Origin: Actinomycetales bacterium
GTDB lineage: Bacteria > Actinomycetota > Actinomycetes > Actinomycetales > Microbacteriaceae
DNA length: 55,537 nucleotides
Direction: 5' to 3'
Assembly: GCA_038203515.1 (NCBI GenBank)
Contig: JBBRDX010000001.1
Coordinates: 1-55,537, forward strand
Both the position numbers and the translations under genes were made by a program. Shown here one piece after another: positions 9,273 to 18,841 of the stretch. Every line of letters starts with the position of its first letter. The first letter of the stretch is position 1. The notes below the pieces were generated by a model, which saw only the letters and a list, made by a program, of their open reading frames with translations, searched no databases and was not told the origin of the DNA.

Positions 9273-10217
9273 TTACCCGGAGAAGGGCACCCCGGTGAGC
9301 TCTTCCGACACGGCCCACAGGCGCGCGGCATCCTCTGCTGGCAGCGCGCGTTTCGGAACGGCGGCGAGCTTTGGCGCGCCAGTGAGCTCGGCGAAGCCGC
9401 CCGGACCGTAGTAGGCGCCACCCCTGGCATCCATGCTCGTCGCGGCATGCAGGGCGGGCAGGATGCCTTGTGGCGCCTGCTGCCAGAGCCACGCGATATC
9501 GGAGGTCAGCTTCAGATAGGTTGCCATCGCCCCGCCGCTGGTGCCACCGGATTGCGGACCCGTCACCTGCAGGTTGGTGAGCGTCGATCCGGGGTGAGCG
9601 GCCAGGCTGCGGATACCCCACCCGGCCGCGTCGCTTCGTCGCTGGATCTCGCGTGCGAACACGAGCATCGATAGCTTGGAGAGTCCGTAGGAGCCCCGGG
9701 GGCTGTAGTGCTTTTCGGCCTGCAGGTCATCCCACTCGAACCGCCCGCCGCGGGCGAGGATGCTGCTGAGCGAAACGACACGGGGAGCTTCGGCAGCGCG
9801 CAACTGGGGCAGCAGGTGCGCGGTCAGCGCGAAGTGCCCGAGATAGTTGCTGCCGAACTGCAGTTCGAAGCCGTCTTCGGTCGTGCTTCGCTTCGGCGGC
9901 ATCATGACACCGGCGTTGTTGATCAACAGGTCGAGGGGGCGGCCTTCCGCGGTGAACATGGCCGCGAAGGTGGCGATGTTTACGAGAGAGGAGAGGTCGA
10001 GGGGAAGCATCCGCAGTCGCGCGGTCGGAACGTCCGCACGGATGCGCCCGATCGCCTCCTCGCCTTTGCTCCAGTTGCGAACGGCGAGTATCACTTCGGC
10101 TCCGGCGGCGGCGAGTCGCGTGGTGAGAGCCAAACCGAGGCCGCTGTTCGCGCCGGTGACGATCGCGAGTCGTCCGGAGAGATCGGGCACGGCGACATCG
10201 GGCAGGGTTCGGGTCAT
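9273..10217 (-). CDS. SDR family oxidoreductase (retinol dehydrogenase/WWOX-like)
   Basis: [17 protein letters not shown] (YxxxK), AHPG motifs. Confidence 0.95.
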   Translation of the reverse strand: MTRTLPDVAVPDLSGRLAIVTGANSGLGLALTTRLAAAGAEVILAVRNWSKGEEAIGRIRADVPTARLRMLPLDLSSLVNIATFAAMFTAEGRPLDLLINNAGVMMPPKRSTTEDGFELQFGSNYLGHFALTAHLLPQLRAAEAPRVVSLSSILARGGRFEWDDLQAEKHYSPRGSYGLSKLSMLVFAREIQRRSDAAGWGIRSLAAHPGSTLTNLQVTGPQSGGTSGGAMATYLKLTSDIAWLWQQAPQGILPALHAATSMDARGGAYYGPGGFAELTGAPKLAAVPKRALPAEDAARLWAVSEELTGVPFSG

Positions 10218-10416
10218 GATCGAAGGCTACGCCAGGCCCGGTTCGCCCCACGACGGGCTCTCGGAAATTTAATGGCTCCCAGACACGTTATCCTGTATAC
10301 GGTCTCGGACATAGAACCGCTGGACGTCCCTCCAGGCAGCTACCCGCTCCCATCGCGCTCGTGTCGCGTGCGATATGCCCCTGCGATACAGAATCAACGA
10401 TTGAAGGCATCCCCAC

Positions 10417-10908
10417 ATGATTTTCCAAGTCGGAGAGACTGTCGTCTATCCCCACCACGGCGCCGCAACGATCACCGCGGTGAAGACCCGCACCATCAAG
10501 GGCGAGCCCAAGGAGTACATCACACTCAACGTGCACGCCACAGACCTGACGATCGAATTGCCGATCGAGAACGTCGAGCTCATCGGAGTGCGGGACGTGA
10601 TCGACAGCGCCGGAGTCGAAGCGGTTTTCGATGTACTGCGCAGCGATATGGTCGAGGAGCCGGGCAACTGGTCTCGCCGGTTCAAGGCCAACACAGAGAA
10701 GATGGGCAGCGGAAGCGTCTATCGCGTCAGCGAGGTCGTGCGCGACCTCTGGCGCCGTGACCAGGACCACGGGGTGTCGGCCGGCGAGAAGCGGATGCTG
10801 CTCAAGGCACGGCAGATTCTGATCTCCGAGCTCGCTCTGGCCCAGAACTCCACCGACGAAGAGGCTTCCGCGGTGCTCGACGAGGTCCTGGCGACCGTCT
10901 CGGTCTAG
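10417..10908 (+). CDS. carD: CarD family transcriptional regulator (probable paralog)
   Basis: [23 protein letters not shown] with conserved Trp, SAGEKRML. Confidence 0.9.
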   Translation: MIFQVGETVVYPHHGAATITAVKTRTIKGEPKEYITLNVHATDLTIELPIENVELIGVRDVIDSAGVEAVFDVLRSDMVEEPGNWSRRFKANTEKMGSGSVYRVSEVVRDLWRRDQDHGVSAGEKRMLLKARQILISELALAQNSTDEEASAVLDEVLATVSV

Positions 10909-11006
10909 GGCTTCGGTCTCGATACGGGCGCTGGGCGCCCTACTCGACCACCGGGTGTGCTGGTCGCATCTCAAGACCTGCCTCCCCGCTGCACGAGTAG
11001 CGAGCG

Positions 11007-11507
11007 CTACCACCCCATCGTGCCGGGTTCGCCCTTGAACGGGCCGACCACTCGCGAGGTGATCCAGCCCCCGTAGAAGTCGCCGGCCTGTGAGGTCACG
11101 GTCTCTCCGGCGACCTCGCAGGAGTCCATCGCCGACGGGTACACCGCCACCCGGTTGGCCAGCAACTCGTACCCGGGGCTCGGGTTGGGGTAGTACCAGC
11201 CAGCGGATTCGGCTCGCGCTGAGCCCTCGCGCAGCGTGACGTATTTCGCCGCGCCCTTGAACTCGCAGAAGCTCGCCCCCGGTGCCTTCTCGAGAACACC
11301 CTCGGGGAACGCGGAGCGGGGCAGGTAGTAGACCGGCGGATGACTCGTCTCGAGCACCCGCACGGCATCGGTCGTATCGACGATCGTCTCCCCACCGAAC
11401 CGGATGCGGATGCGTTCGGTGGTGGCTTCGACCCGGGGCGGTCGGGGGTAGTCCCACACCGACTCCTGTCCAGGGCGGGGGGTGACGGGGGTGACATCAT
11501 TACGCAT
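11007..11507 (-). CDS. DUF427 domain protein
   Basis: ESVWDYPRPP, ETSHPPVYY, CEFKG, FYGGWIT...GPFKG; start ATG 11507. Confidence 0.9.
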   Translation of the reverse strand: MRNDVTPVTPRPGQESVWDYPRPPRVEATTERIRIRFGGETIVDTTDAVRVLETSHPPVYYLPRSAFPEGVLEKAPGASFCEFKGAAKYVTLREGSARAESAGWYYPNPSPGYELLANRVAVYPSAMDSCEVAGETVTSQAGDFYGGWITSRVVGPFKGEPGTMGW

Positions 11508-11636
11508 AGGAAGATCCTGCACCCGCTTGCTTGGAACTGGCCGACCTCGACCATCCCTCCTGGCCGTCGGCTCCGAACAACACGGGTACGAACAAATAAT
11601 CCCGGCGACACACTCCGCTCGAGCACCGAGGCGCAC

Positions 11637-13328
11637 ATGACACATTTCACTAACAGGCCCTGGTTGAATTCCTACGCACTCCGGGTGCCGCGTGACATTG
11701 CGGAGCCCACAGAGACCCTGAGCCAGATGCTGTCGCAGTCGGTGAGGAAATATCGTCGGCATGTCGCGGTGCAGTTCTTCGGCGCGACCACCACCTACGG
11801 CGAGCTCGGGGACCAGGTGTCGCGCTTCGCGAACGGACTTCGCGCACAGGGAGTGACCAGGGGTGACCGTGTCGCCCTTGTCCTGCCGAACAGCCCCCAG
11901 CATGTGATTGCGTTCTATGCGGTACTCCGTCTCGGCGCGATCGTGGTCGAACACAATCCGCTCTACACGGAACGAGAGCTTCGTCATCAGTTTGAGGACC
12001 ATGGCGCGACGGTGGCGATCGCGTGGGACAAAACAGTGCCGACGATCCTCAACATGCCGGGTGATCTCGGACTGACAACGGTGGTGTCAGTCGACGTGAC
12101 ACGGGCGATGCCGCTCCGCACGCGTCTTGCCCTCCGCCTCCCGGTAAAGAGGGCCCGCGCGGCCCGTGAAGCGCTGACCACAGGACGGCGCGCGCGCGGC
12201 TCGATCGAGTGGCACGACCTCGAGTCGTCCCGTCTGTTACCTCGACGATTTCCCGGTCCGACGCTGGATGACACTGCGGTGCTGCAGTACACGAGCGGCA
12301 CCACCGGAACCCCGAAGGGTGCCATCCTGTCCCATCGCAACCTGAGGGCGAACGCGATGCAGGGGGAAGCCTGGATTCCTGGACTTCGCGCTGGCCGAGA
12401 GGTCGTGTACGGGGTTCTTCCCCTCTTCCACGCCTATGGATTGACCCTGTGCCTCAGCTTTGCACTGAGCATCGGAGCGCGCCTTGTGCTGTTTCCCAGA
12501 TTCGATGAAGCACTCGTGCTCGATGCGTTCCGCAAGACTCCCGCCACCTTCCTGCCCGCTGTTCCCCCGATCTACGAACGCCTGGTCGCGGCGGCCGCGG
12601 CGCGTGGGGTGAGCCTTCGCGGAATCCGGTTTGCGATCTCCGGAGCGATGAACCTGCCGACCCGCATCGTGGAGCTGTGGGAACAGGCCACGGGTGGGCT
12701 GCTGGTCGAGGGCTACGGCATGACCGAGTCATCCCCGATCGTCGTCGGTAACCCGATGGGCCCCTCTCGGCGGCCCGGAACCGTCGGAGTGCCATTCCCG
12801 AGCACGCAGATCCGGGTGGTCGACCCCGACGACCCGTCGGCCGATCGAGGGGTGAACGAAGAGGGCGAACTGCTCGTGCGCGGACCGCAGGTCTTTAGCG
12901 GGTACTGGAACCGTCCGACCGAAACTGCGGAGACACTGCTGCCCGGCGGATGGTTGCGAACCGGCGACATCGTCACCGTGTCGCCCGACGGATTCGTCAC
13001 CGTCGTCGACCGCATCAAGGAACTCATCATCACCGGTGGGTTCAATGTGGCCCCGACCGAGGTTGAAGAGGCCCTGATCTCTCACCCCGATATCTCCGAT
13101 GCCGCCGTCGTCGGAATCCGCACTCCGCAGGGGGGAGAGGATGTCGTCGCCGCGGTTGTGCTCCGACCGGGAGCCGTGCTCGATGTGCCCGCCATTCGCG
13201 AACACCTGAAGGCGAGGATGGCGGCCTACAAGGTGCCGCGACGCATCGAGGTCGTCGACGAGTTGCCGCGAAACATCGTCGGCAAGGTGTTGAGGCGGGT
13301 GGTGCGGGAGGGGTTGACGACAGACTGA
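11637..13328 (+). CDS. fadD: Long-chain-fatty-acid--CoA ligase
   Basis: YTSGTTGTPKG, EGYGMTE, WLRTGD, GKVLRR adenylation motifs. Confidence 0.92.
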   Translation: MTHFTNRPWLNSYALRVPRDIAEPTETLSQMLSQSVRKYRRHVAVQFFGATTTYGELGDQVSRFANGLRAQGVTRGDRVALVLPNSPQHVIAFYAVLRLGAIVVEHNPLYTERELRHQFEDHGATVAIAWDKTVPTILNMPGDLGLTTVVSVDVTRAMPLRTRLALRLPVKRARAAREALTTGRRARGSIEWHDLESSRLLPRRFPGPTLDDTAVLQYTSGTTGTPKGAILSHRNLRANAMQGEAWIPGLRAGREVVYGVLPLFHAYGLTLCLSFALSIGARLVLFPRFDEALVLDAFRKTPATFLPAVPPIYERLVAAAAARGVSLRGIRFAISGAMNLPTRIVELWEQATGGLLVEGYGMTESSPIVVGNPMGPSRRPGTVGVPFPSTQIRVVDPDDPSADRGVNEEGELLVRGPQVFSGYWNRPTETAETLLPGGWLRTGDIVTVSPDGFVTVVDRIKELIITGGFNVAPTEVEEALISHPDISDAAVVGIRTPQGGEDVVAAVVLRPGAVLDVPAIREHLKARMAAYKVPRRIEVVDELPRNIVGKVLRRVVREGLTTD

Positions 13329-13332
13329 GTCC

Positions 13333-13665
13333 TCACCGGAACGGACCGGCGCAGTAGATCGCGGCGACTGCGGAAATCCAGCGCAGGACGGCGTTGAGGG
13401 TGGGGTCTATTCGCCCGTGAGAACCGTGGCAAGGGCCGCGGTGATCTCCACGAACGTCTGCGGTGAAGAGGGTGAGCATTCGCTGGTCGAAGAACGCGAG
13501 GTTGAGAGTCGGTCTGGTCATCACGACGGCCACCCCCGCCTCCACAATGCCGGAGAGTTTGTAGAGGTTGGCGTCGGGGTCCACCTTCGCGCCGGGGATG
13601 AAGCGGATGATGCGACGGCCGACACGGGGATTGCCGCGCGCTCCCACGGCGGCGGACCGGCTCAC
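13333..13665 (-). pseudogene. Fragment of an alpha/beta hydrolase
   Basis: FIPGAKVDP..YKLSGIV...PTLNLAFFD resembles actinobacterial Abhydrolase_5 proteins; nucleophile elbow and termini missing. Confidence 0.5.
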
Positions 13666-14570
13666 GGGAGGCGGCGCTTCGATTCGATCGGCACGGGAGG
13701 GGAAAGGATGCGCTGAGCCTCAGCTGGCGAGGTCCCGGAAGCGACCGCGGCCAGGCGGTGCAGTGCCTTCTCCGATTCGGAACCGGGGCGGGCGTGCAGG
13801 ATGACCAGATAGCGGCCGTCGGAACCGTCAGGGGAGCCGATGGCGAGGCGCTCGGTCTCGAGTTCGAGGGCACCGACCTGCGGATGGGTCAGCCGCGTGA
13901 TCGTGTCGACCTGCGTCGGGAGCTCTGCCGCTCCCCAGAGGGCACGGAACTCACCGCTGCGCACGGAGAGCTCCCCGACGAGTTGAGCGAGGGCGGGGTC
14001 GTCGATGTCCGGGCCGATGAGAGTGCGCAGCCGGGCGACCGTGGCCACCAGCATCCCGTCCCACTGGGTGTAGAGCGCGCGGGAGACCGGATCGAGGAAC
14101 ATCGAGCGCATGAGGTTGGTTCCGCGTGCGAACCGGGAAGAGAGGGCGAGAGCGAGGGGATTGGCGGCGAGCACTTCGGTGAGACGCCCCTCGATCCAGG
14201 CGACCTGGTTCGACCAGGTATTAATGAGACCGGAGAGGCCCTCGGGCGCTTCGGCCAAGGCCGCCGGGCTGCCGGAATCCTGTTGTTCGCGTGGCGCGGA
14301 TCGCGCGAGATTGCGCAGGCTGTCCGCAGCATCGTCATCGAGTTTTAGCGCGCGCGTAAGAGCGTCGAGCACCTCCTCGGTCGGATTCTGTTCGAGCCCC
14401 TGCTCCAGTCGGAGATAGTCTTCGGGCGATAGGCCGGACACGAGGGCTGCCTCCTCCCGACGCAGGCCCTGGATGCGTCGCCTGCCGGTAGCCGGAAGCC
14501 CCACATCTTCGGGGGTGAGAAGTTCGCGCCGGGCGCGCAAGAATTCGCCGAACTGGTTGCCTGGTTGCAT
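13662..14570 (-). CDS. XRE-family HTH regulator with MmyB-like ligand-binding domain
   Basis: GEFLRARR, GLRREE, YLRLEQG, LVGELSVRSGEFRALW, HPQVG; leaderless TAGGGT-N6-ATG. Confidence 0.92.
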   Translation of the reverse strand: MQPGNQFGEFLRARRELLTPEDVGLPATGRRRIQGLRREEAALVSGLSPEDYLRLEQGLEQNPTEEVLDALTRALKLDDDAADSLRNLARSAPREQQDSGSPAALAEAPEGLSGLINTWSNQVAWIEGRLTEVLAANPLALALSSRFARGTNLMRSMFLDPVSRALYTQWDGMLVATVARLRTLIGPDIDDPALAQLVGELSVRSGEFRALWGAAELPTQVDTITRLTHPQVGALELETERLAIGSPDGSDGRYLVILHARPGSESEKALHRLAAVASGTSPAEAQRILSPPVPIESKRRLP

Positions 14571-14747
14571 GTGTCCACCCTACGCAGAACCGGGCGGCCT
14601 GGCAGCGCTGATTAGAGCCCCGGACGGGACTGCCTGTGCATGACCGCGACGATCCTGGCCACGAACGATGTGGAGAACAGGGGGTCGACGGGCCGATCCC
14701 TCGACCGAGGAGGTGCTCGACGCTCTTACGCGCGCGCTAAAACTCGA
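14338..14747. repeat. 46-bp perfect inverted repeat (14338-14383 / 14702-14747) flanking 318 bp
   Basis: cgaccgaggaggtgctcgacgctcttacgcgcgcgctaaaactcga at 14702-14747 is the exact reverse complement of 14338-14383. Confidence 0.92.
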
Positions 14748-14794
14748 AACATGGAGCCGAAATCGCCCACTCGGAGGTGTCGTAGGGTCGTCAG

Positions 14795-15172
14795 GTGAAA
14801 CAAAAACCTGCGGCATCCGCCGTCCTGGGGGCCATCGTCGACATCGTGCTCGTCATGGTGTTCGTGCTGATCGGTAGGGCGAGCCACAACGAAGGCCCGC
14901 GGGGCACACTTGCGACCCTCTGGCCCTTCCTCGCCGGTCTCGCGATCGGATGGATCGGGGCACGGGCGTGGCGCGCGCCGTTTGCGCTGCGCTGGACCGG
15001 GCTCACGATCTGGGCCGCGACAGTGATCGTGGGGATGCTCCTGCGCGCGGTCGCTGGCCAGGGCGTACAACTCGGATTCGTGGTCGTCACGACCGTGGTG
15101 CTCGCGATCTTCCTTCTCGGCTGGCGCGCAATCGCACAGTTCGTGCTTCGCCGACGATCCCGCCGCGCCTGA
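14795..15172 (+). CDS. DUF3054 membrane protein
   Basis: D..V..F..IGRASH, LWPFLAG..GW, GMLLR, FLLGWR. Confidence 0.88.
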   Translation: MKQKPAASAVLGAIVDIVLVMVFVLIGRASHNEGPRGTLATLWPFLAGLAIGWIGARAWRAPFALRWTGLTIWAATVIVGMLLRAVAGQGVQLGFVVVTTVVLAIFLLGWRAIAQFVLRRRSRRA

Positions 15173-15252
15173 CGCGTGCGAGGCAGCTGAAGTCGGCGTA
15201 TTCTCAAGGCCTACGGGGAGCCATCCGGGCTCCCGATCCGAGGGAGCCCACC

Positions 15253-15363
15253 ATGGCCGACAAGTCACCGAAAAAGTCCACCTCGAAGACCGCGGCGTCC
15301 AAGTCCCTCAAGGAGAAGCGCGCCGACAAGAAGACCAAGGCAGCGAACAAGCCCAACGGCTGA
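15253..15363 (+). CDS. 36-aa Lys-rich small protein
   Basis: GGGAG RBS; MADKSPKKSTSKTAASKSLKEKRADKKTKAANKPNG, G/C-ending codons. Confidence 0.75.
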   Translation: MADKSPKKSTSKTAASKSLKEKRADKKTKAANKPNG

Positions 15364-15532
15364 GTTCGACCGGAGGCCCGGGGTGTCGCTCGGCATCGAG
15401 CGAGTTCCGGGCCTTCGTTGTGCAGTGAGCGCCTCGTTTGCGGGAGTGTTCCCTCCCGTCAGCTCTGGTCCGCGTCGAGTAAGAACAGTCCTGACGAAGG
15501 GGACCACACGGGCGGGGTAACGCCGTTCGAGA

Positions 15533-16027
15533 TCAGGCCGTCTTCATGATGTCGGCGGTGAAATTCTGTACCCGGGTGAGAAGACCCTCCGCGCGCTTGG
15601 CCACGACCGCGCCGGGATCCGGCTGCATGGGGGAGGCCGGCGGAATGATGCGGATGATGAGCGAACAGGCCAGATCGGCACAGATGTAGGTGCCCACCGT
15701 GTTGCCGTCGCGACCGGACTGCCCGCCGCGTGCCGCGGAGAACAGGGTGACCTGGTCGGATGGCTGCGGAGTGCGGCAGAACGAACACATGGCCGAGATT
15801 CCGGGTCGCATGCTGATGCCCGATGCCCGAAGCACAATGCCGACCGGATGCTCGTCCACCCAGTGCACGAGGTAGCCGCGCAGGGGCGCACCGTGGTCGC
15901 GCCATCCGAGGTATTCCCGCTCACCCCAGAGCACCTCGTGAAGCCCGGGGAGGGGCATCCGCTCGATCTCGCCGTTGGAAGCGTTGACGATGCTGCGACG
16001 GATATCGGATTCGTTGAGCGGTTTCAT
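15533..16027 (-). CDS. FBP domain protein (FusB-like treble-clef zinc finger)
   Basis: YLGWRD, MCSFC, GNTVGTYICADLAC; GAGGAG RBS. Confidence 0.88.
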   Translation of the reverse strand: MKPLNESDIRRSIVNASNGEIERMPLPGLHEVLWGEREYLGWRDHGAPLRGYLVHWVDEHPVGIVLRASGISMRPGISAMCSFCRTPQPSDQVTLFSAARGGQSGRDGNTVGTYICADLACSLIIRIIPPASPMQPDPGAVVAKRAEGLLTRVQNFTADIMKTA

Positions 16028-16040
16028 GGACTCCTCAGGG

Positions 16041-16154
16041 TCAGTCGCGCGAGGTGGACTGCGCCGTCGCGACCACCGCGATGAGGGAACCGGCACTTCC
16101 GAACACGCTGGCGAGGGCGAGAATCGTGAACGGGATCGCTGTGGTCCGGGCCAT
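16041..16154 (-). CDS. 37-aa hydrophobic peptide
   Basis: AGGAG RBS then MARTTAIPFTILALASVFGSAGSLIAVVATAQSTSRD; ends 13 bp before the FBP gene start. Confidence 0.5.
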   Translation of the reverse strand: MARTTAIPFTILALASVFGSAGSLIAVVATAQSTSRD

Positions 16155-16233
16155 GGAAACTCCTAATTCTGCGGATCGGCACCCTGCAGATTCCACCGTA
16201 TCGCCTGATCCTGAATCGACAGTTTCCGAATCG

Positions 16234-17196
16234 TCAGCCACGCAGCTTCTCGAGCAGCGGGCCGGCGGCCTCGTCGAGGAAGCGCTGCTGGTTTGCATCT
16301 CCGACCTGCACGAGCGCGACATCCGTGAATCCGGCAGCGGCGTACTCGCGAACGGCATCGGCCAGTTCGTCGAGGTCGGGTCCGCACGGAATGCTGTCCG
16401 CGACATCCTCCGGCCGCACAAACTGGCTCGCCCCCTCGAAACCGGCAGGTGTCGGCAGATCGGCATTGACCGCCCAGCCGCCGCCAAACCAGCGAAACTG
16501 GTCGTGAGCCATCGCGATGGCTGCATCCTTGTCCGGACCCCAGCAGATCGGAATCTGGCCGATCGAGCGGGAGGGTCCCTCGTGCACCTTCGCCCACGAG
16601 GCGAGCAGTTCTGCCTTGGGTTCTGTGGTGATCAGGTGATCACCGAGTGGTGCGAAACGCGCGATCGATTTGTCTCCCGATACTGCTACCGCGATGGGCA
16701 CGCCCTGATCGGAGAGGTCCCAGATACGGGCGGAGTCGATGCGGAAATAGTCACCCTGCCAGGTGACGAGGTCCCCGGTGTGCAGTTCACGGATGATCGT
16801 GATGGCCTCGGCGAGCATGTCCTGGCGCTGCGCGACCGGCGGCCAGCCCTCGCCGATCACATGCTCGTTGAGATTCTCGCCCGCCCCGAGCCCGAGGATG
16901 AAGCGACCGTCGGCGAGCAGCTGCATCGTCGCGGCCTTCTGTGCAATGACGGCAGGGTGATACCGCAGCGTCGGGCAGGTCACGTAAGTGGCGAGCTCGA
17001 CCCGCTCGGTGGCCTGTGCCACCGCGCCGAGCACCGACCAGGCATAGGGCGCGTGTCCCTGGGAGGTGAGCCATGGCGAATAGTGGTCGCTCGACACCTC
17101 GAAGTCGAAGCCGAGGCGTTCGGCCTGCACGGCGTAGTTCACGAGCTGCTTGGGGCCGCTCTGCTCGGTCATGAGGGTGTACCCGAAGTTGGTCAT
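16234..17196 (-). CDS. F420-dependent LLM-class oxidoreductase (TIGR03557-like)
   Basis: GYTLMTEQ, SSDHYSPW, GAGENLNEH, CGPD motifs. Confidence 0.92.
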   Translation of the reverse strand: MTNFGYTLMTEQSGPKQLVNYAVQAERLGFDFEVSSDHYSPWLTSQGHAPYAWSVLGAVAQATERVELATYVTCPTLRYHPAVIAQKAATMQLLADGRFILGLGAGENLNEHVIGEGWPPVAQRQDMLAEAITIIRELHTGDLVTWQGDYFRIDSARIWDLSDQGVPIAVAVSGDKSIARFAPLGDHLITTEPKAELLASWAKVHEGPSRSIGQIPICWGPDKDAAIAMAHDQFRWFGGGWAVNADLPTPAGFEGASQFVRPEDVADSIPCGPDLDELADAVREYAAAGFTDVALVQVGDANQQRFLDEAAGPLLEKLRG

Positions 17197-17256
17197 GACC
17201 AAAGCTATACTCCGGCCGACGCCGAACTCAACCCGCATGAAGACGACTTGCCCCAC

Positions 17257-18789
17257 ATGCAGTTGACTTGTGGGGTGCACTCCGAATCGATAGCCCGTCT
17301 CCGGTCCGATCTCCTCGCCGCCCGTTTCAGCGTCGACACCCTCGCCGGGCTGTGGGGGGGCCAGGCGGATGGCGCCCTCCACCGTGGCCAGCGGGTGCCG
17401 GCATCCCGTGCCCTCGCCGGGGCCGCCGGGGCGACGCCGGCGGGAGTGCTCGCCCGGGTCTTCGTGCTCGGGATGCCGGTAGCTGCCGAGCAACTCGCTG
17501 GCGCACTGCCGGCGCTCGGCATAGAGAGTGCGATCGAACTCGGCTTGGTGTCCCTCGACGCCGACAGGCTCCGAGCTGCGCTGGACCTGCGCCCCTACAG
17601 CTTTGTCGACGCCCATGGCGTTGGAAGCTGGTGGATCGCGAGCGACCTCGGCGAGCTCACTGTCGGTGGCGCCCTGCGAGAGGACCACGTACTCGGCGTC
17701 GGCGGGGCGTCGCTGACGCTCAGCAGCCTTATGGTCGGCACGCCTGTGGGCGCGACCCTCGACATCGGAACCGGTTGCGGTATCCAGGCCATGCACGCCG
17801 CCCGTCATGCCTCCCGGGTGGTCGCCACCGACATCTCGCACCGCGCGCTCGAGATCGCAGCATTCAACGCGGAGCTGAACGGGATCCACAACATCGAGTT
17901 CCGGCTCGGCAGCCTCTTCGAGCCGGTGACGGGGGAGCGGTTCGGCCAGATCGTGTCTAACCCGCCGTTCGTGATCACGCCCCGCGCCGACGGCGTCCCC
18001 TCCTACGAGTATCGGGACGGCGGCATGGTGGGTGACGCGCTTGTCGCGTCGGTCATCGACGGGTTAGCTGCGCATCTCGAGCCGGGCGGGATCGCGCAGC
18101 TGCTCGGCAACTGGGAGTACCGCGACGGCGTCGATGGACTCGACCGGGTCGGCGACTGGGTTGCTTCGACCGGCCTCGACGCCTGGGTGGTGGAGCGGGA
18201 GGTGCAGGATGCCGCGCTCTATTCCGAGACCTGGATAAGGGATGGCGGCACCCGCCCCGGCCCCGAATTCGACCGACTGTACGCCGCATGGCTCGACGAC
18301 TTCGAGCATCGCGGAGTGACGGCCGTGGGGTTCGGGTACGTCACGCTGCGGGCCAGTTCTCGAGGGGTGCGTCGCCTGAAGCGGCTCGACAGCACGCTCG
18401 GGGGCAGTCTCGGCGTCCACATCGCCGAGACTCTGGAGGCATCGGACTGGCAGTCCGCTCGCACCGACGAACAGCTCGGCCGCGAGCGGCTGGGGCTTGC
18501 TCCGGATGTCACGGAAGAGCGGCACTACTGGCCGGGTGCCGCCGACCCGACGGTGATGACGCTGCGCCAGGGTGCTGGTTTCGGGCGCTCGGTGCCCCTC
18601 GATACCGGTCTGGCGGCCCTCGTCGGCGCCTGCGACGGGGAACTCAGTGTGCGGGCGATCATCGCTGCCATGGCGCAACTGCTCGAGGTGGATGCCGCCG
18701 CGCTTTCCGCAGACCTGTTGCCGAGCATCCGCGAACTCGTGACGACGGGGTTCCTGCGTCCGCTTGCAGGACCCGCTGCGTTTACCTGA
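17257..18789 (+). CDS. Class I SAM-dependent methyltransferase (MTS/HemK-like); start may be GTG 17275
   Basis: LDIGTGCGIQ SAM motif, VSNPPFVI, LGNWE. Confidence 0.88.
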   Translation: MQLTCGVHSESIARLRSDLLAARFSVDTLAGLWGGQADGALHRGQRVPASRALAGAAGATPAGVLARVFVLGMPVAAEQLAGALPALGIESAIELGLVSLDADRLRAALDLRPYSFVDAHGVGSWWIASDLGELTVGGALREDHVLGVGGASLTLSSLMVGTPVGATLDIGTGCGIQAMHAARHASRVVATDISHRALEIAAFNAELNGIHNIEFRLGSLFEPVTGERFGQIVSNPPFVITPRADGVPSYEYRDGGMVGDALVASVIDGLAAHLEPGGIAQLLGNWEYRDGVDGLDRVGDWVASTGLDAWVVEREVQDAALYSETWIRDGGTRPGPEFDRLYAAWLDDFEHRGVTAVGFGYVTLRASSRGVRRLKRLDSTLGGSLGVHIAETLEASDWQSARTDEQLGRERLGLAPDVTEERHYWPGAADPTVMTLRQGAGFGRSVPLDTGLAALVGACDGELSVRAIIAAMAQLLEVDAAALSADLLPSIRELVTTGFLRPLAGPAAFT

Positions 18790-18841
18790 CCCGAACATCC
18801 GCGGCATATGACCCGAACAATCGCCGGTCAGAGTCACGATC

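Noticed and set aside
9273-10217. SDR as a retinal-supplying enzyme for the rhodopsin
   Set aside because: Very common family, 5 kb away and separated by unrelated genes; no specific evidence.
16054-17256. 911-aa ORF implying a long N-terminal extension of the methyltransferase
   Set aside because: The extension is antisense to the F420 LLM gene; a high-GC open-frame artefact. The same applies to the extended starts at 24039, 11340, 12002, 40899 and 49744.
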